Shown in pieces: positions 9,801 through 22,836 of a stretch of 64,000 nucleotides of DNA. The translations under genes were made by a program, and so were the position numbers. The notes beneath the pieces were generated by a model, which was not told where the DNA came from, made no database searches, and saw nothing but the letters and a program-made list of their open reading frames with translations. The stretch is taken from the NCBI GenBank assembly GCA_965240325.2, contig OZ251227.1:1798001-1862000 (forward strand). Direction: 5' to 3'. The DNA is from Rebecca billardiae RCC1528. Taxonomy: Eukaryota; Protista; Haptophyta. Every line of letters begins with the position of its first letter. The stretch's first letter is position 1.

Positions 9801-12084
9801 GGCGGGCTGCGTCCGCGCGGCGAGAGCGCGCCGTCCGCAGCGTGCGGCTGCGCGTGCGCACCCTCCGCCTCCGCCGCCTCGAGCTGCTGCTGCCGCTCGA
9901 GCTCCTCGTCGGACAGCACGTAGCCGGCGGGGAGGAGCGCGCCGTGCTCGCTCCCGATCGACGCGCGCGGCACGTACAGCTCGCCGTTCGGCCCGAGGAA
10001 TGGGCTGGGCGGCTCGGGCTCGGCCGCGCTCACCGCGGCGACGCGCGCGTGCGTGTCGATCGCGAGCAGCGCGCAGAAGAGGGTGAGCTGCAGCACGTAC
10101 AGGCAGCCCACGCAGCACGCGGCGGTGGTGCAGAACCACGCGTACACGGGCAGGTCGACCCAGATCCCCGTGACGAACGCGACCAGCGTGGTGAACGTCG
10201 TGACGGTGATCGCGGTGCCCGACTCGCCCATCGACTGTGAGAGCCGCACGTCCACGTCCTCGTGCTCGGGGGTCCGGTCAAACGTGTCGACGATGATGAT
10301 CATGTTGTCCACCGAGACGCCGAGCAGCATGAAGGAGACGAGCGGCGTGACGGGCGAGATGGGCGTGTTCAGCAGCGCGGTCAGCCCGAACCCCGAGGAC
10401 ATCGACAGCGCCGAGCACAGCGCGCACGAGAGCGAGAGCATGATGCGCACGCTCGAGCCGCCGTGCGCACCCGAGCCGGGCGTGTGCTGCCCGTCCTTGC
10501 CGCCGTTCGGCGTGCCGTGCGCGGCGGCCGAGCTGTCGTCGTGGCAGCGGAACTTGGAGAGCGAGACGGCGACGTACACGATCACGAAGATGAACGCGCA
10601 CGCCAGCAGCGGCGCGTCCTTCTCCACGAACGAGTTGGCCTCCTCCTCGTTGAGCTTGGTCGACCACCACGTGACCTCGAGGCTCTCGCGCTGCGCGATC
10701 TGGGGCAGCCTCTCGCGCAGCTGGTGGTGCCACAGGTCGGCGCGGCCGTCGTAGTACGCCGGGCGCGAGACGTTGAAGTAGATGGAGAGGATGAACGCCT
10801 CCGCCGAGACCCTCTTGTTCGCGTCGTCCACCTGCACGTGCCGGCTCTGGCCGAGGTCGACGGTGCCGTCGCGGACCGCGTCGTACACGGTGCGCTCGAC
10901 GTCGTCGTCCGCGTCGAGCGCGCGCTGCTGGTACTTCCACAGCTCGAGCAGCGAGGAGACGGCGCAGTACTCGTCGCCGATCTCGGGGACGTACACCTCG
11001 AGGCAGAACTGCGAGAGGACGATCGGCCTGTACGGCACGACCGGCTCGAGCTCCGCGCCGCTGCCGTCGTCGCCGTCCGCGCCCGCGAGCGCGCTCGACG
11101 GCCTGTCCGACCCCTCGGTCTCCTGCGCGAGCGACAGCGGCATCTCTGCGCGGATCGTGCGCACCTCGTTGTACAGCTCGATCGCCGAGCCGAGCGAGGC
11201 CTTGTTGATGATCGAGCCACCCGCGCGCTTGCGCATCACGATGAGCAGCACGTCGGGCAGCTCGCCGAAGTTCTCGGAGAAGCGCGTGCGCATCCGCGCC
11301 ATGTCTGTCTTCTGCGGCAGGTACAGGTAGTACGAATTCGCCTCGAACGTCATGCGCGCGAGCCCGGAGGTGAGCGCGGCGGAGAGGAGGATCGAGAGCG
11401 CGATGACGCGCCACGGCGAGCGCGCGACGATGAGGCCGAGCGCGCGGAAGAAGGGCACGAGCAGCCGCTTCACCTCGCCCTCGCCCATCGCGTTGGCGGA
11501 GGGCGAGAGCACTGCCGAGTCGAGCGCGGGCGCGTCCGAGTCGTGCGAGAGGGTGGGCGACTGGAGGCTGAGGTGCACGGGCTTGGGGGCGGCGAGCTGC
11601 AGGTGCATCGTCGCGGCGTTGCCGTTGGGCGCCGCCGCGCTGCCGTCCGGGGAGTAGGGCGCGGCGCCGGGTGCGGGCCCCCAACGCGGCTGCTGCTGCT
11701 GCTGCAGCTGCTGCTGCTGCTGCAGCAGCTGCTGCTCCGCTGGCATTGGCTCTCCATGCGGCGGCGGCTGAAAGCCGACGCGGCGCGGCGCGTCCGACGC
11801 CTGCCGCTCGCGCGCCTGCCGCTGGATCGTCGTCGCCGCCATGTCGTGCACACGCCGCAGGTTCATCGCCTGCTCAATCGGCAGGCTCTGCATCCCGTCG
11901 CCGCGGCCGCCACCGTACGCCGACGCCGACACCATCGGCGTGCCGCCGCGCCCGACGCCCGGCGGTGGCCTGCGCAGGTGGGGAGGCGGCGTCGCGCCGG
12001 GAGGCAGAGCGCGCTGCTGCTGCTGCGGCGGCGGCGGCCGGGGCTGCGACGGGTGCGGCTGCGGCTGCGGCTGCTGCTGCACGA

Positions 12085-12116
<32 letters not shown>

Positions 12117-13618
12117 ATGTGCTGTGCGTACTCCTGCCGAGCGAGGGCCATCTGGCTCAGCGCCGACGCGCGCCGGCTGCCCATGGTCCGCCGCATCGGG
12201 TCGCCGTCCTCGCGCCAGGAGACGTTGGCGTGCTGCGGCGGCAGCTGCAGCGGCGGCGGGTTCGACTGCGACAGCCGCAGCCCCCCGTCCGCGTACGCGC
12301 TCATCGCTGTGCTGCCCGTGCGCGCGCGCAGCCCGAGCGGTCGGCTGCTCGCGGGCGTTTTGGGCGACGACGCTGTCGCCTGCACCTGCACCTGCCGCCG
12401 CCGCCGGCCGGCGATAAAGGCGATGAGCGCGCAGAGGCCGAGCGAGCCCACGTAGATGGCGAGGCCGATGAACACGACCGTCTCCGTCTTGTGCCGCTGG
12501 AACCACGGCATCCCCTCCTTCGGGTTGATCGTCGTGTTGGTACCCTGCGTCTCGACCGGCTTGAACTCGATCAGCTCGACCACCGACGAGTTCAGCGCGG
12601 GGATGGCCATGCCGTGGATGGGGATGGCCTCGCTCGGGCCCTTGCCGCGCTCGAGGAAGGAGAGCCCGTGCGAGTCGCACCGGAACACGCCGTCGCTCTG
12701 CACGTTCAGCCGGCCGCGCATCTCCTCCGCCACCGTCTGGCCGGGCAGCGTGTCGTGGTGCCCCTCGATCAAGAACGCGTCAGACTCGGCGATGCCGTGC
12801 GACGCCTCGGAGGCGACCTCGTACCAGCCGGTGCGCGCGGGCTTGGCGTACGCGGTCATCGGCACGAGCTTGATCATGATCAGGATCCGCGGGCACCGCC
12901 CTTCCACCAGCCGGTCGAACACCTCCTTGTGCGACGACGACAGCGCCATCGGCAACATCTGCGCGCCGCCCTTGTCCGGGCACGACGGCTGCGGCGAGCC
13001 AATCAGACAGCACTCCCACTTGGGGTGGGTCTCGACGGTGTAGCAGAAGGCGCACGAGTCCCACGAGAGCGAACGGCAGTAGTTGTGGTCGCCCAGGCCC
13101 TGCCACTCGTTGTCGGGAGTCGGGGTGTGGCTGTGCCGGTGCGGCGACTGCGAAGACCACTTCTGGCACGTGTACCCGCCGATCGTCTTGTTCACGTGCC
13201 CGCGGTAGTCCTCGCGGTCCTGCCGCGTGAAGCACTCCTGCACCCGCTCATCCGCCAGCGAGGCTGCCAGCTCCGCGGGCGAGCCGCGCCGCGCGTGCAC
13301 CACGCCGTCCTTGGTGCACATGTAGCTGCGGAACGCCTCGTGCGACTGGACTGTGTCCGCGTACGTCGTGGATTCAGAGACGATGACGCCAGCGCAGACG
13401 GAGGAGTGGACGCGCGCGGTGTGCAGCATGGCATCACATTCATCGGAGCACAGCTCCTTCTGCTTCGAAACCTTGCACACCTTCCACACCGACGACACGA
13501 GGTCGGCGCAGTGCTTGCTCATTGACGCATCGGCCGCGCACAGGGAGGCGCTGCCGAGCAGGACGAGGAGCGAAGCCACGCGGCGAGCACCGGGCGAGGC
13601 CCATGCCGTGCACGTCAT
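6835..13618 (-). CDS. Patched/NPC1-like sterol-sensing RND membrane protein with N-terminal Kringle domain and a ShK-like module
   Basis: Signal peptide, then Kringle (DYRGHVNKTIGGYTCQKWSSQSPHRH...HNYCRS...CYT), a TM and a Q/P-rich linker. SSD with GVSVD and SMGESGTAITVTTFT. Second repeat has GLAIDYSVH and MGSSILNAGGST. ShK-like CPVTCGVC. Introns 7806-8009, 7520-7684 and 7256-7349. Confidence 0.88.
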
Positions 13619-14253
13619 GCGCACCGTGCCACACCCCGCGCCGTCGCCCGCGGCAGCCGCGTCTCGCACCCACGAGCGCGAGCGCAAGAGCCCCGCACCA
13701 GCAGCAAACGGGCGCGCGCCACTGGCTTCCACCCTTGCGAGCGGCTTCAATCGAAAGGCTGGCGCTTGCTCGACTGAGATTTGCCGCCGCCATTCCGGGC
13801 GGGCTGCCCGTTGCGTTGATGACGTTGCAAGATTCGGCGCCACGGGCACGCGCCGTCGAGTGCCAGTACCCCGCGCCGCCACCCGGACTGCCGCTCATTG
13901 CATGCGAAAATTCCGATCGCCTTCGTGGTTCTGGTCTGTCGAAATCCGTCTCCGAGAGGCGAGCCGATCACACCTGATGGCACAGTTCTCGTCCGCACAG
14001 TCGCCCGGACCGCCTTGCGCAGGGTCGGCCGCGGAGTCACGCGACGGGCTCGCCTGCGGGGCGGGCCAGGCTGAGTACTAGTACTGTGCCGTCAGAAGCG
14101 CCCGCGAGCGCGTAGCCGTTGCCAGTGGCAATGGTAGCTTAGGTCGACGGTGCCCACTTGAGAAACTCACCGACCGAGGCGCACGGCACGGGCTGGCGTA
14201 GGGTCTGAACGCCCAACATCGTAGCGGGCCGAGGGCTGGGCTCCTGCACGGTG

Positions 14254-15516
14254 TCAAAGAATCGCGCAGCCCGCGCAATCCCCGCTGCTGCCGCCGCCGC
14301 CGCCACCGTCACCGCCCTGACCGATGCGCTGGGGGAGCCGTGCACTCGTGTCAAGGGTGGCGCCGCGCGGGGCGATCGCTGCGCGGATTCGCTGCTCGTC
14401 CGTAGGCGTGAACTCGTTGCGGCCGATTTTGAGCTCGCGCAGGCTCTGCAGGCCGTTGCAGACCTGCAAGATGGCATCGACGGTGCGCGAGCCCAGGTTG
14501 TTGTGCACCAGCGCGAGCGTGTGCAGCTGCGCCAGCATGCCGAGCGCCTGCGGCACGTCGTCGAGCTCGTTGGACGAGACGTCGAGCGCGCGCAGCTCGG
14601 CCAGCGTGTGCACGCCGCTGAGGTCGGTGAGGTTGTTGGTGTGCAGGCCGAGCTCGATAAGCTGCGGGCAGTGCTCAATCCCGTTGGTCGTGCCCAGCTC
14701 GTTCTCCGCCGCGTTGAGCACGCGCAGCCCCGGCGCCGAGCGGAGGCCCGCCAGCGAGGTCACGTTGGCGTGCTGCACGTTGAGCCAGCGCAGGTTGGGC
14801 GCAAACCCGAGGCCGTCCAGGTTGGTCAGGTCGTTGTCGTGCGCGTCGAGCCACTCGAGCGAGGCGACGTTGCTCGCGCCGCGGAAGTTGAGCAGGTTGT
14901 TCGTCGACACGTCGAGCCAGCGCAGGTGCGGGCACGCCGTCAGGCCCTGCAGGTTGGTCAGGTGGTTGCCGCGCAGCGTGAGACGGATCAGGTTTGGGAA
15001 GCGCCCGAGCCCGTTCAGGTGCTCGATGTCGTTCCAGAAGTAGTTGGCGTGCGTGACGAGCGTGCCGTCGCCACTGTACTGCGCGTGCGCGGTATCCGTC
15101 AGGTCGCCATTCGTGAAGCTCGCCGTCACCTCCTGCTGCGCCTGCTGCTGCCCCGCCGGCGCGGCTTGCGCTTGCGCGACGGGGACCGCGCTCGCGATGG
15201 GCGCGCCGGCCTGGGGCGCGGTGACGGGCGTGGCTGTCGCGACGGCAACGGCATACGGCGACGGCTGGAAGCCCGACGTCTGCGCGTAGTACTGCGGCGG
15301 CGGCGTCGCCGGCACCGGCGTGCCCTGCGCCACCGGCACCACGTTGGGCGTGAGGAGCACCGGTGGCGGTGCCACCTGGCCAGGGTACGCGGGCGTGGCG
15401 ATGACGGGCACCGGCGTGCCGAGGGCCATTCCGCCACCCGGCTGCGAGATGACGACACCGGTCGTCGCCACCGGCTGCGCGCTCGCGACAGGCATCCCCT
15501 TGGCCACGGGCATCAT
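14254..15516 (-). CDS. Leucine-rich repeat protein with Pro/Val/Ala-rich N-terminus and C-terminal CaaX
   Basis: About 9 SDS22-like LRRs (e.g. LRWLDVSTNNL). Ends in GDCAGCAIL*. The start could be at 15618. Confidence 0.85.
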   Translation of the reverse strand: MMPVAKGMPVASAQPVATTGVVISQPGGGMALGTPVPVIATPAYPGQVAPPPVLLTPNVVPVAQGTPVPATPPPQYYAQTSGFQPSPYAVAVATATPVTAPQAGAPIASAVPVAQAQAAPAGQQQAQQEVTASFTNGDLTDTAHAQYSGDGTLVTHANYFWNDIEHLNGLGRFPNLIRLTLRGNHLTNLQGLTACPHLRWLDVSTNNLLNFRGASNVASLEWLDAHDNDLTNLDGLGFAPNLRWLNVQHANVTSLAGLRSAPGLRVLNAAENELGTTNGIEHCPQLIELGLHTNNLTDLSGVHTLAELRALDVSSNELDDVPQALGMLAQLHTLALVHNNLGSRTVDAILQVCNGLQSLRELKIGRNEFTPTDEQRIRAAIAPRGATLDTSARLPQRIGQGGDGGGGGGSSGDCAGCAIL

Positions 15517-15790
15517 GGCTTCGGTGTCGCGGCGGCGAAGAGCCAGGCGGAAGGGGCGCGGCGGGGCGGCTTGCTTGGGCTGGCGCACCGGCACGATGGC
15601 AGCCGCCCCTATGTTCATTCAAGTCCGGGAGTTTAGCAAAGTCCGGCGCCTAAAAACGGCAGCATCTCCGGCTTGGCAGCAAGGGCCGATTTAAAAAGCA
15701 AGCAGCAGCACGGCAGCGTGGCGAGCTGAACGGCTCTGCCGGAGAGCTGCCCGACAAAGCAGCGCGAGGCCATCGCTGCCGCGCGCACTC

Positions 15791-18277
15791 ATGGGCCGGC
15801 CAAGGCCTGCCAGCTGGGCCGCAGCACGGTGGCTGGCCGTGGCTGCCCTCGTACCGCTGAGCTCGGCACACGTCTCGTGGCGCAAAACGCACCACCGCGA
15901 CCACCATGATGACTACGACGATTACAATCAGCCCGACCACCGGTATGACTACCACTCGCCGATGCGTAGCGAGGTCGGGATCGATCTGCCCGCGGAGACG
16001 CACGTGTCGTGGAGCTCGATCCCGTCGCCGTTTCGCGAGGCGATGCAGGACCTCGCCGGGAAGGGCGACGTGCATGCGACGCACGCCGTCGAGAAGTGGG
16101 ACGATTGGAAGCAATGGAAGCACAAGTACCTCAACGGATCGTACGCGAGCGCTGCGGCGGAGGTGCAGGCGTTCCGCGCCTTCATCGAGAACGACATGGT
16201 CATCGACACGCACAATGCGGACCACGCTTCGTCGTACTACTCGCTCGGCCACTCCGCGTGGAGCGCGCACAGCTTCCACGAGTTTGAGAACCTGATGTTT
16301 CCCGTCAAGTACTCGGACATCATGCCGCCCTCGTACGCGTCCGTGAGCACGCACAAGTACCTCGACCAGCACGGGCGGCCGCTTGCGCTGCCGGAGTCGG
16401 TGGACTGGACACAAAAGGGCGCCGTGTCGCCCGTGATGAACCAGGGCGAGTGCGGCAGCTGCTGGTGCGCGCCACAGCCCTGCGCGGCGGGCGGCACGGC
16501 TGCGCAGCTGTCGGCGCGCGCCGCGCGCGCGCGATCCCCGCGCTGACACTCTGCTCGCGCCGCGCCCACGCCCCGCGCCCTCGGCAGGGCGTTCGCCGCC
16601 ACCGGCGCGATCGAGAGCATCTGCTCGATCGAAGGGTTCACGCCGCACGGCAACGGCCCGGTGCAGCTCTCGCCGCAGGAGCTCACGTCGTGCGACGTCG
16701 GCACGCTGAGCAACCCATATGCCGACGACGGCTGCGACGGCGGGCTGCCGCAGAACGCCTTTGGGTACACCAAGACGACCGGCGGGCTGTGCACCAACAG
16801 CGAATACCCGTACGTCAGCGGGAACGGCCACTCGTACCCGTGCACGCACTGCACCAAGCGGCTGACGGTCGATGGGTACCGGATGGTCGAGCCTGGCAAC
16901 GAGCTCGCGCTGATGCACGCGGTCGCGCAGCAGCCGGTCGCAGTGGGCATCCAGGCCAACTCGATGCAGCTGCAGCTCTACCGCTCCGGCGTGTTCGACT
17001 CGCCCAGCTGCGGCAAGGAGCCCGACCATGCCGTGCTGCTCGTCGGCTACGGCACCACCTCCACCAACGTGCCCTACTGGAAGGTGCGCGGAAGCGTCCA
17101 ACCTTGCAGCTCATCTGCGCGTGCGCCGCCCGCGGCCCCGACGCGGCCATGCGCGACGCGACGCGACGCGACACGACGCCGCGCGCGCTCAGCCAGTCGG
17201 CCCGGCGTGCTCACCGCCCCTGGCGCCCCGCTGTGCCCCTCGCGCGTGCGGCGCAGCTCAAGAACTCGTGGGGCAGGTCGTGGGGCGACGACGGCTACTT
17301 TTACCTCAAGCGCGGCGTCAACCAGTGCGGCATCACCTCCATGCCTTCCTACCCGGTCAACTGCTCGACGGTGAACGGCGGCGACCCGCGGGGCAAGCCG
17401 ACGCCCGAGCCGCCCTCGCAGGCCGACTGCCCGGCCCCGGTCGACGGCGACATCAAGCTCACCTCGTACCCGGCGGGCAACCTGCTGATCAACTTTGAAG
17501 GCTCGTGGCACCCGCTCTGCTCGCAGCACCTCGAGATCGAGACGGCTGAGCTCATGTGCAGGGCACTGGGCTACTCGACCGCATGGTCATTCTCCGACCG
17601 GACAGTGCCGACCAAGGGTGCGCCGCGCGCGCGCGCGCGGAGCCGCGCACGCGCACGCGCGCCGCTCGTGCGCACGCCATGGCTCACCCGCGCCACCCCC
17701 TCACCGCGCCTGTGTCTGCGTTCAGTCGGGCCCATGTTCCCGAGCCTGCGGTGCAACAAGACGGCCATGTCGCTCCCGAGCGTGGGCGGGATGAATGTGT
17801 TCGACATGTGCCACTTCAAGGGCGCGCACACGAGCGACTGGTGCGTGCCGCGCGCCGCCGAGCCGCGCGCCCTGCTGCCGCCGCCGGCCTCGCGCCCTCG
17901 GAGCTCACACCGAGTGCCGCGCCGCGCCGCGCACCCCTGCGCCCCGCCTCAGGTTGTGCGAGCTTTTCGGGCCGGCGATGGCGGCGTATCTGGTGTGCCA
18001 CGGCACGACGCCTCCACAAGAGGTGCTCACGTGCGGCACGGCAGGCTGGCCCAAGCGGCCACGCAATCCGACGCCGGGGTCGACGGGCGGCTCCTCGCTG
18101 CGGCAAGAGCTGGGCGTGCGGGAGGTTGGGGAGTGGGGCACGGCGGCCGGGCTCGGCAAGCGGGCGCGCGCGGCGCTCGTCGTCGGCGCCGGCGTCGTTG
18201 GAGCGCTGGCGATCGCCGCAGGCGCCTACGGCGTCCTGGTCTCGCTGCGCACCCGTGAGCAAGGGCCAATGTTGTAA
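15791..18277 (+). CDS. Papain-family (C1A) cysteine protease with I29 propeptide, C-terminal SRCR-like domain and TM anchor
   Basis: [16 protein letters not shown]|[12 protein letters not shown] and YWK|LKNSWG give the catalytic Q/C/H/N. SRCR-like [15 protein letters not shown]...[35 protein letters not shown]. Four GTGCG...AG introns at about 16464-16587, 17084-17256, 17618-17725 and 17841-17952. Confidence 0.9.
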
Positions 18278-19350
18278 TCGCCTCTCCGCGCCGCCTCGCG
18301 CGCCATGGCCGCAGCAGCACGCGGCGCGCCATGGCCGCAGCAGCACCGGCACCGTTGGCGATCATTGCGAAGCCTGGCACGCCACGGCGCGCAGCTGCAG
18401 CACGGGGAGTCCCACAGCCGGCTCCTGAGACAGCGCGCTCGGATGGCATCATCCATCTCGGCGTCGCCGCCTGTCTGCTCTCTGCCTATTGGACGCGGAC
18501 TCCGTCGAGTCGATCGCGCAGCTCTCCCATGTCGTCGTCGATATGTGCGCTGCTGAGCTACGACGACTTGTCAGCGAGCGCACGCGTCGCACAGATTCGA
18601 TCATCGGCGCCGGCGGAGACTGGCAAAACGGAGGCGGCTGCGCCGCTGTGCGTCCTCCGTGCTGCCGCTGCGCTCGCCGCAGGCGGCTGCCAGCAGATAT
18701 ATGCCGGCGCCGCCATCATCAGATGGTTGGGCCCCGCTCTGAGTTCGACGGCGCGGTCACTGCAGCTATGACCTAGCGGCTGCTGGAGGCGGGCTGATTT
18801 TGATAGCGCTAGACGATGCATGTATATCAGCTACACAGTAAAGAAATCGATTTTCGGCGTTACCATAACCCGTCCGCACTTCCGCCCAGTGGGGATGCGG
18901 GGGATTTTTTTTCATGCCGCGTTCGCGGCACTTCGCGCCGCATAGCATGCATGATAATTGCTGATTTAGTGATATATAGCTTATAATGGTCAAATATGGC
19001 AAGTGCCAAGTCTATCTATAATGCGATGACGATGAATATATATATATATATATGGTTCAGATTGCTACTGGTACGTACGTGGTAGTATGACGCGCGATAT
19101 AGATGAATATTCATCATCAGGGATTCAGGCCGGCTGACGATCATGAATAAGTCATGATGGCGGCGACGACCAGGCGAATCACGGCACGGATCAATGTCGG
19201 ATCCGAGATGATCCGGCGGTCTACGATTGCGATCACTTGATACGATATGATGACGAGTCTTGACGATGTCAGGCACTAGCCACTAGGCAGTCAACGCGCG
19301 TGCGTACGTATCATCATGGACATAGTCATCAGAGTCCGTCCAGCGTCGTC

Positions 19351-22300
19351 CTAGTAGTCTGCTGCTCTGGGCGTAGCCGTGCTCCGATCAGCAGTCACAA
19401 CACTCGTCGCTGCCATGCTCGCGGCTGATGCCGACGCTGACGCCAAGCCCGCAAGGGAGCCGGATGGGGGCGGGGCGGCTTCCGCAGGCCGCACCGCCGG
19501 CGGCTCTGCCCCGACGATGGCGATGGCCCGGCGCTGTGCGCGCGAGAGCTCGGCCGCGAGCTCGCACGCGTCTGCGGCCACCACGCGTGATCCCGTGGAG
19601 ACCTGCTCCGCTCGCTGCGAGCAGTCGCGCAGGATGCGCAGGATCTCGGCGCGCCAGCCGGGGACCACCATGCCGCGCGGCAGCCGTCGCAGCAGCCGCG
19701 ACGCCAGCAGCGTGCGGTCCGCTCCTACGTCCTCGCCTGCGGCGCCGCGAGCGAGCGCGCGCGCGCGGCGCGGGGAGGGATGCGCGGGCGAGCGCGGGCG
19801 GCGGTGCGCGTCGGCATCGGCGGGGCGGCGGCGCGAGCATGCCTCCCCGCGCGCGCGCGGCACAGCGCGCACCTGAGAGGTGCCTGAGCAGCTCGGCGGC
19901 CCGGCTCGCCGAGTGCAGCGCGTGCGCGAGCAGCGCGTCCGTCAGCTCGGCGTCCGCCTGCTCCCGCACAAACGCGAGCGCGTACGGCACGTCGTCGAGC
20001 TCGGAGAGGATGCGGTCGAGCGCGGCGCGCTGCGCGCCCATCCGCGAGAGGATGTAGACCACCTCGCGCTGCAGCCCGTGCGCCTCGCACGTCGCGAGCG
20101 CCGCCTCGAGCGAGTACTCCGACGACTGCGCGAGGAAGAGCCGCAGCTCGGCGGGCGCGAACCGCGCGTACAGCTCCACCTGCTGCGAGTGGAAGGCAGC
20201 ACCCGCGCGCGCGTCTCGCAGGAAAAGCGCGTGGAGGTATTCGTGCACGGCGCGCGGCTCGGCGGAGAGCTGGCGCACGACCGAGGCCGGCTCGACCGTC
20301 GCGTGGTGCGCCGCGAGCAGCTCGATCGCCGCCGCGCGGTCGAGCTGCACGAGCAGCTTGGCGTGGTGGCGCACGCCGCCCACCATCGAGTGCTCGCGCA
20401 CAAACGCGAGGATGCGACGCGAGCGCAGCGCGAGCCACAGCTGCAGCGACGTGTCCAGCCGGCCCGAGCGCGCGTACAGCTCGGCGAGCGCGGAGGTGAG
20501 CGCGGCGAGCGTCGCCGCGGCGGGCTCGTCCTCCCGCCCTCGCTCGGCCGCGCGCGCGACGAACCCCGCCGCCGCCATCGCCGCCTCCTCCGCGCTCACC
20601 TCGGACAGCCCGCCCGTGCGGCCGGTCAGCCGGCGCAGCTCTGCGAGCAGCGCGGGCGTGAGCACCTCGGCCGCGCGGTACAGACCCACCGGCCACGCGC
20701 ACACCAGCCTGTATAGCTCGGACGCGTCCTGCGCGCGGGCCAGCGCCGCGCGCGCGCGCGCGCCGCGCCGTGGGCCCACCGCGCGGCGCGCCGTGCGTCG
20801 GGGCGCGCGCGGCGCGCGCGGCGCGGGCACGGCTGCGCGTCACGCGGGCACGGCTGCGCGCGCACCGTGCGCAGCAGGTGCAGCAGGACCAGTTCATAGA
20901 CGGCGCGGTCGAGCAGCGCGGGCGGGCGCGTGGGCAGCTGGTCCACCACCACCGGCAGCTTCCCCGCCTTGGCGAACTCGAGCAGCCAGCGGTTCCACAG
21001 CGCCGAGTTGACGCCGAGTAGCTCGCGCGCCATCGAGGCCGCCTTGGCAAAAGCGCCGCTGTCGAGCAGGTGCCTCAGGTAGAGCTCACTCACCTCGAGC
21101 AGCTGCTGCGCGCGCAGCGCGGGCGCGCGCGAGCGCGCAAAGGTGAGCGCGGCCTCGAACCGGCCGTGCTCGAGCAGCCAGCGCACGTGGTCGTGCACGT
21201 CCCTCGAGCGCACCACCACGATGTCGAAGGGCGAGACAACATACAGCAGGGGCTCGCGCGCGCCCTCCGCGCCCGGAGTCGAGCCGCGCGGCGGCGCGCC
21301 CGCGCCGCCGCCGTCGGCCGCGGCGCGCGCGTCGGCGGCGGGCTCGGCCGCGCCGCCGCGCGGCGGCGTCGCGCCGCCGGCTGCACCCGCGCCCGCGCCC
21401 TTGCTCGGCGGCGGCGGCTGCAGCGCGACGCAGTACGCGGCCGCCCTGTGGCGCGCGTAGTGGTGCAAGGAGAGCGCGTCCGAGGACAGCTCCACGTTCT
21501 CAGTCGTGAGCAGCCGCAGCTCGGGGCGCTCGGCGTGGCCCTCGGCGGACGCGCCGCTCGCGAAGGACTCCTCGTCGTTGCTCTCGCACGAGTAAACGAG
21601 CACGGCGAGCAGCATCTTCGCCGCCGCCGCCGCCGTCGAAGCTGAGCTCGGCTCCGCGCCGCCGGAGGCGCCGTCGCCGTCGGAGGCTGCGCCAGCGGCT
21701 GCGGCGCGGCTGCGGCTGCCGGCACTACTGCCAGCACCGCCGGCGCTGCTCGGCGAGCCCGCGGCATCCGGCGAGGCCGCGCTGGCGGCCGAGGCCGCGC
21801 TCTTGCCGCCGCCGCCCTCCCCCTCCGCCGCCGCCCCCGCCTCGAACCCGCCGAGCGGCAGCCGGACGGGCGCCACCCCGCAGATGTACCCGTCTGTCCT
21901 CAGCACGTGCACAATCTCGATGTATCTCGTCGGCGCCGACTGGCCGGTCACGCCGACGGGGAGCGGCATGCCCGCCGCGACGGAGGGCGCGGGTGTCGGC
22001 GCGCGCTGGCGCACGACGCCCACTTTGATCGTGTCCGCCCAGCCGATCACGAGGCAGCTGGCGGACGCCCACGCGAGCTGCGGCCTGAACGCGTCGGCGC
22101 TGGGCGAGTTGGGCGGCCGGTCGATGTAGCTGATCCGCTGCTGTGCGTAGCAGTCGAAGACCTTGACGCCGAGGTCGTTGGCCCAGGCGAGGAGCGCGCC
22201 GTGCCACTTGATCGCGTGGATCGTGCCCTCGCCCGCGTGCAGCACGTCGTCCTTCGCGCCGAACCAGCCGCGAGAGTTGAGGATGAGCTGACCGCCCAGC

Positions 22301-22836
22301 CCGCCGCACGCGAACACGCGCCGCCCGGCCGAGAACTCGGGATCGAGCGCAATCGCTTTGACGGGCTGGTGGTAGAAGTGCGTGGTGGCCTCAGAGGCGT
22401 TGTACAGCGAGTGGATCGCCACGGTGCCGTCCTCCGAGCAGCTGCCGACGTACTCGCCGGCCGCGTCCACACAAATGTCATTCACCACCGATGAGTGCGT
22501 GGCAAAGCGCCGCACCTCGTTGCCGTTGAAGTCGAGGAGCACCAGCAGTCCAGAGCCGGTGCCGAGCGCGAGGAAGCGCGTGTGCACCGCGAGGCAGCGC
22601 GCGGTGTCCGACTTGAGCAGCTCCGCCACGCTCGCGCCCAGCCGCTGGTACTTGAGGCGCGGCTCCTCCTCCTCCTCCTCCTCCTCCTCGCCCTCCTCCT
22701 CCTCCCCTTCCTCCTCCTCGCCTGACTCGCGAGCAGCCTCACCGTGCACGTCGGCACCGGCTTCTGCGTCTACGACGCCATCGCTCGAGGATGGCGGCAC
22801 TCCGTCGCCGTCCTCCTCCACAGCGGCCGACCTCAT
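19351..22836 (-). CDS. VPS41: HOPS subunit Vps41
   Basis: EEEPRLKYQRLG, WD40 region (HAGEGTIHAIKWHG..LAWANDLGVKVFD), RDVHDHVRWLLEH and clathrin repeat (QVELYARF...YSLEAAL...EVVYILSRMG). Introns 20729-20865 and 19737-19872. Confidence 0.93.
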
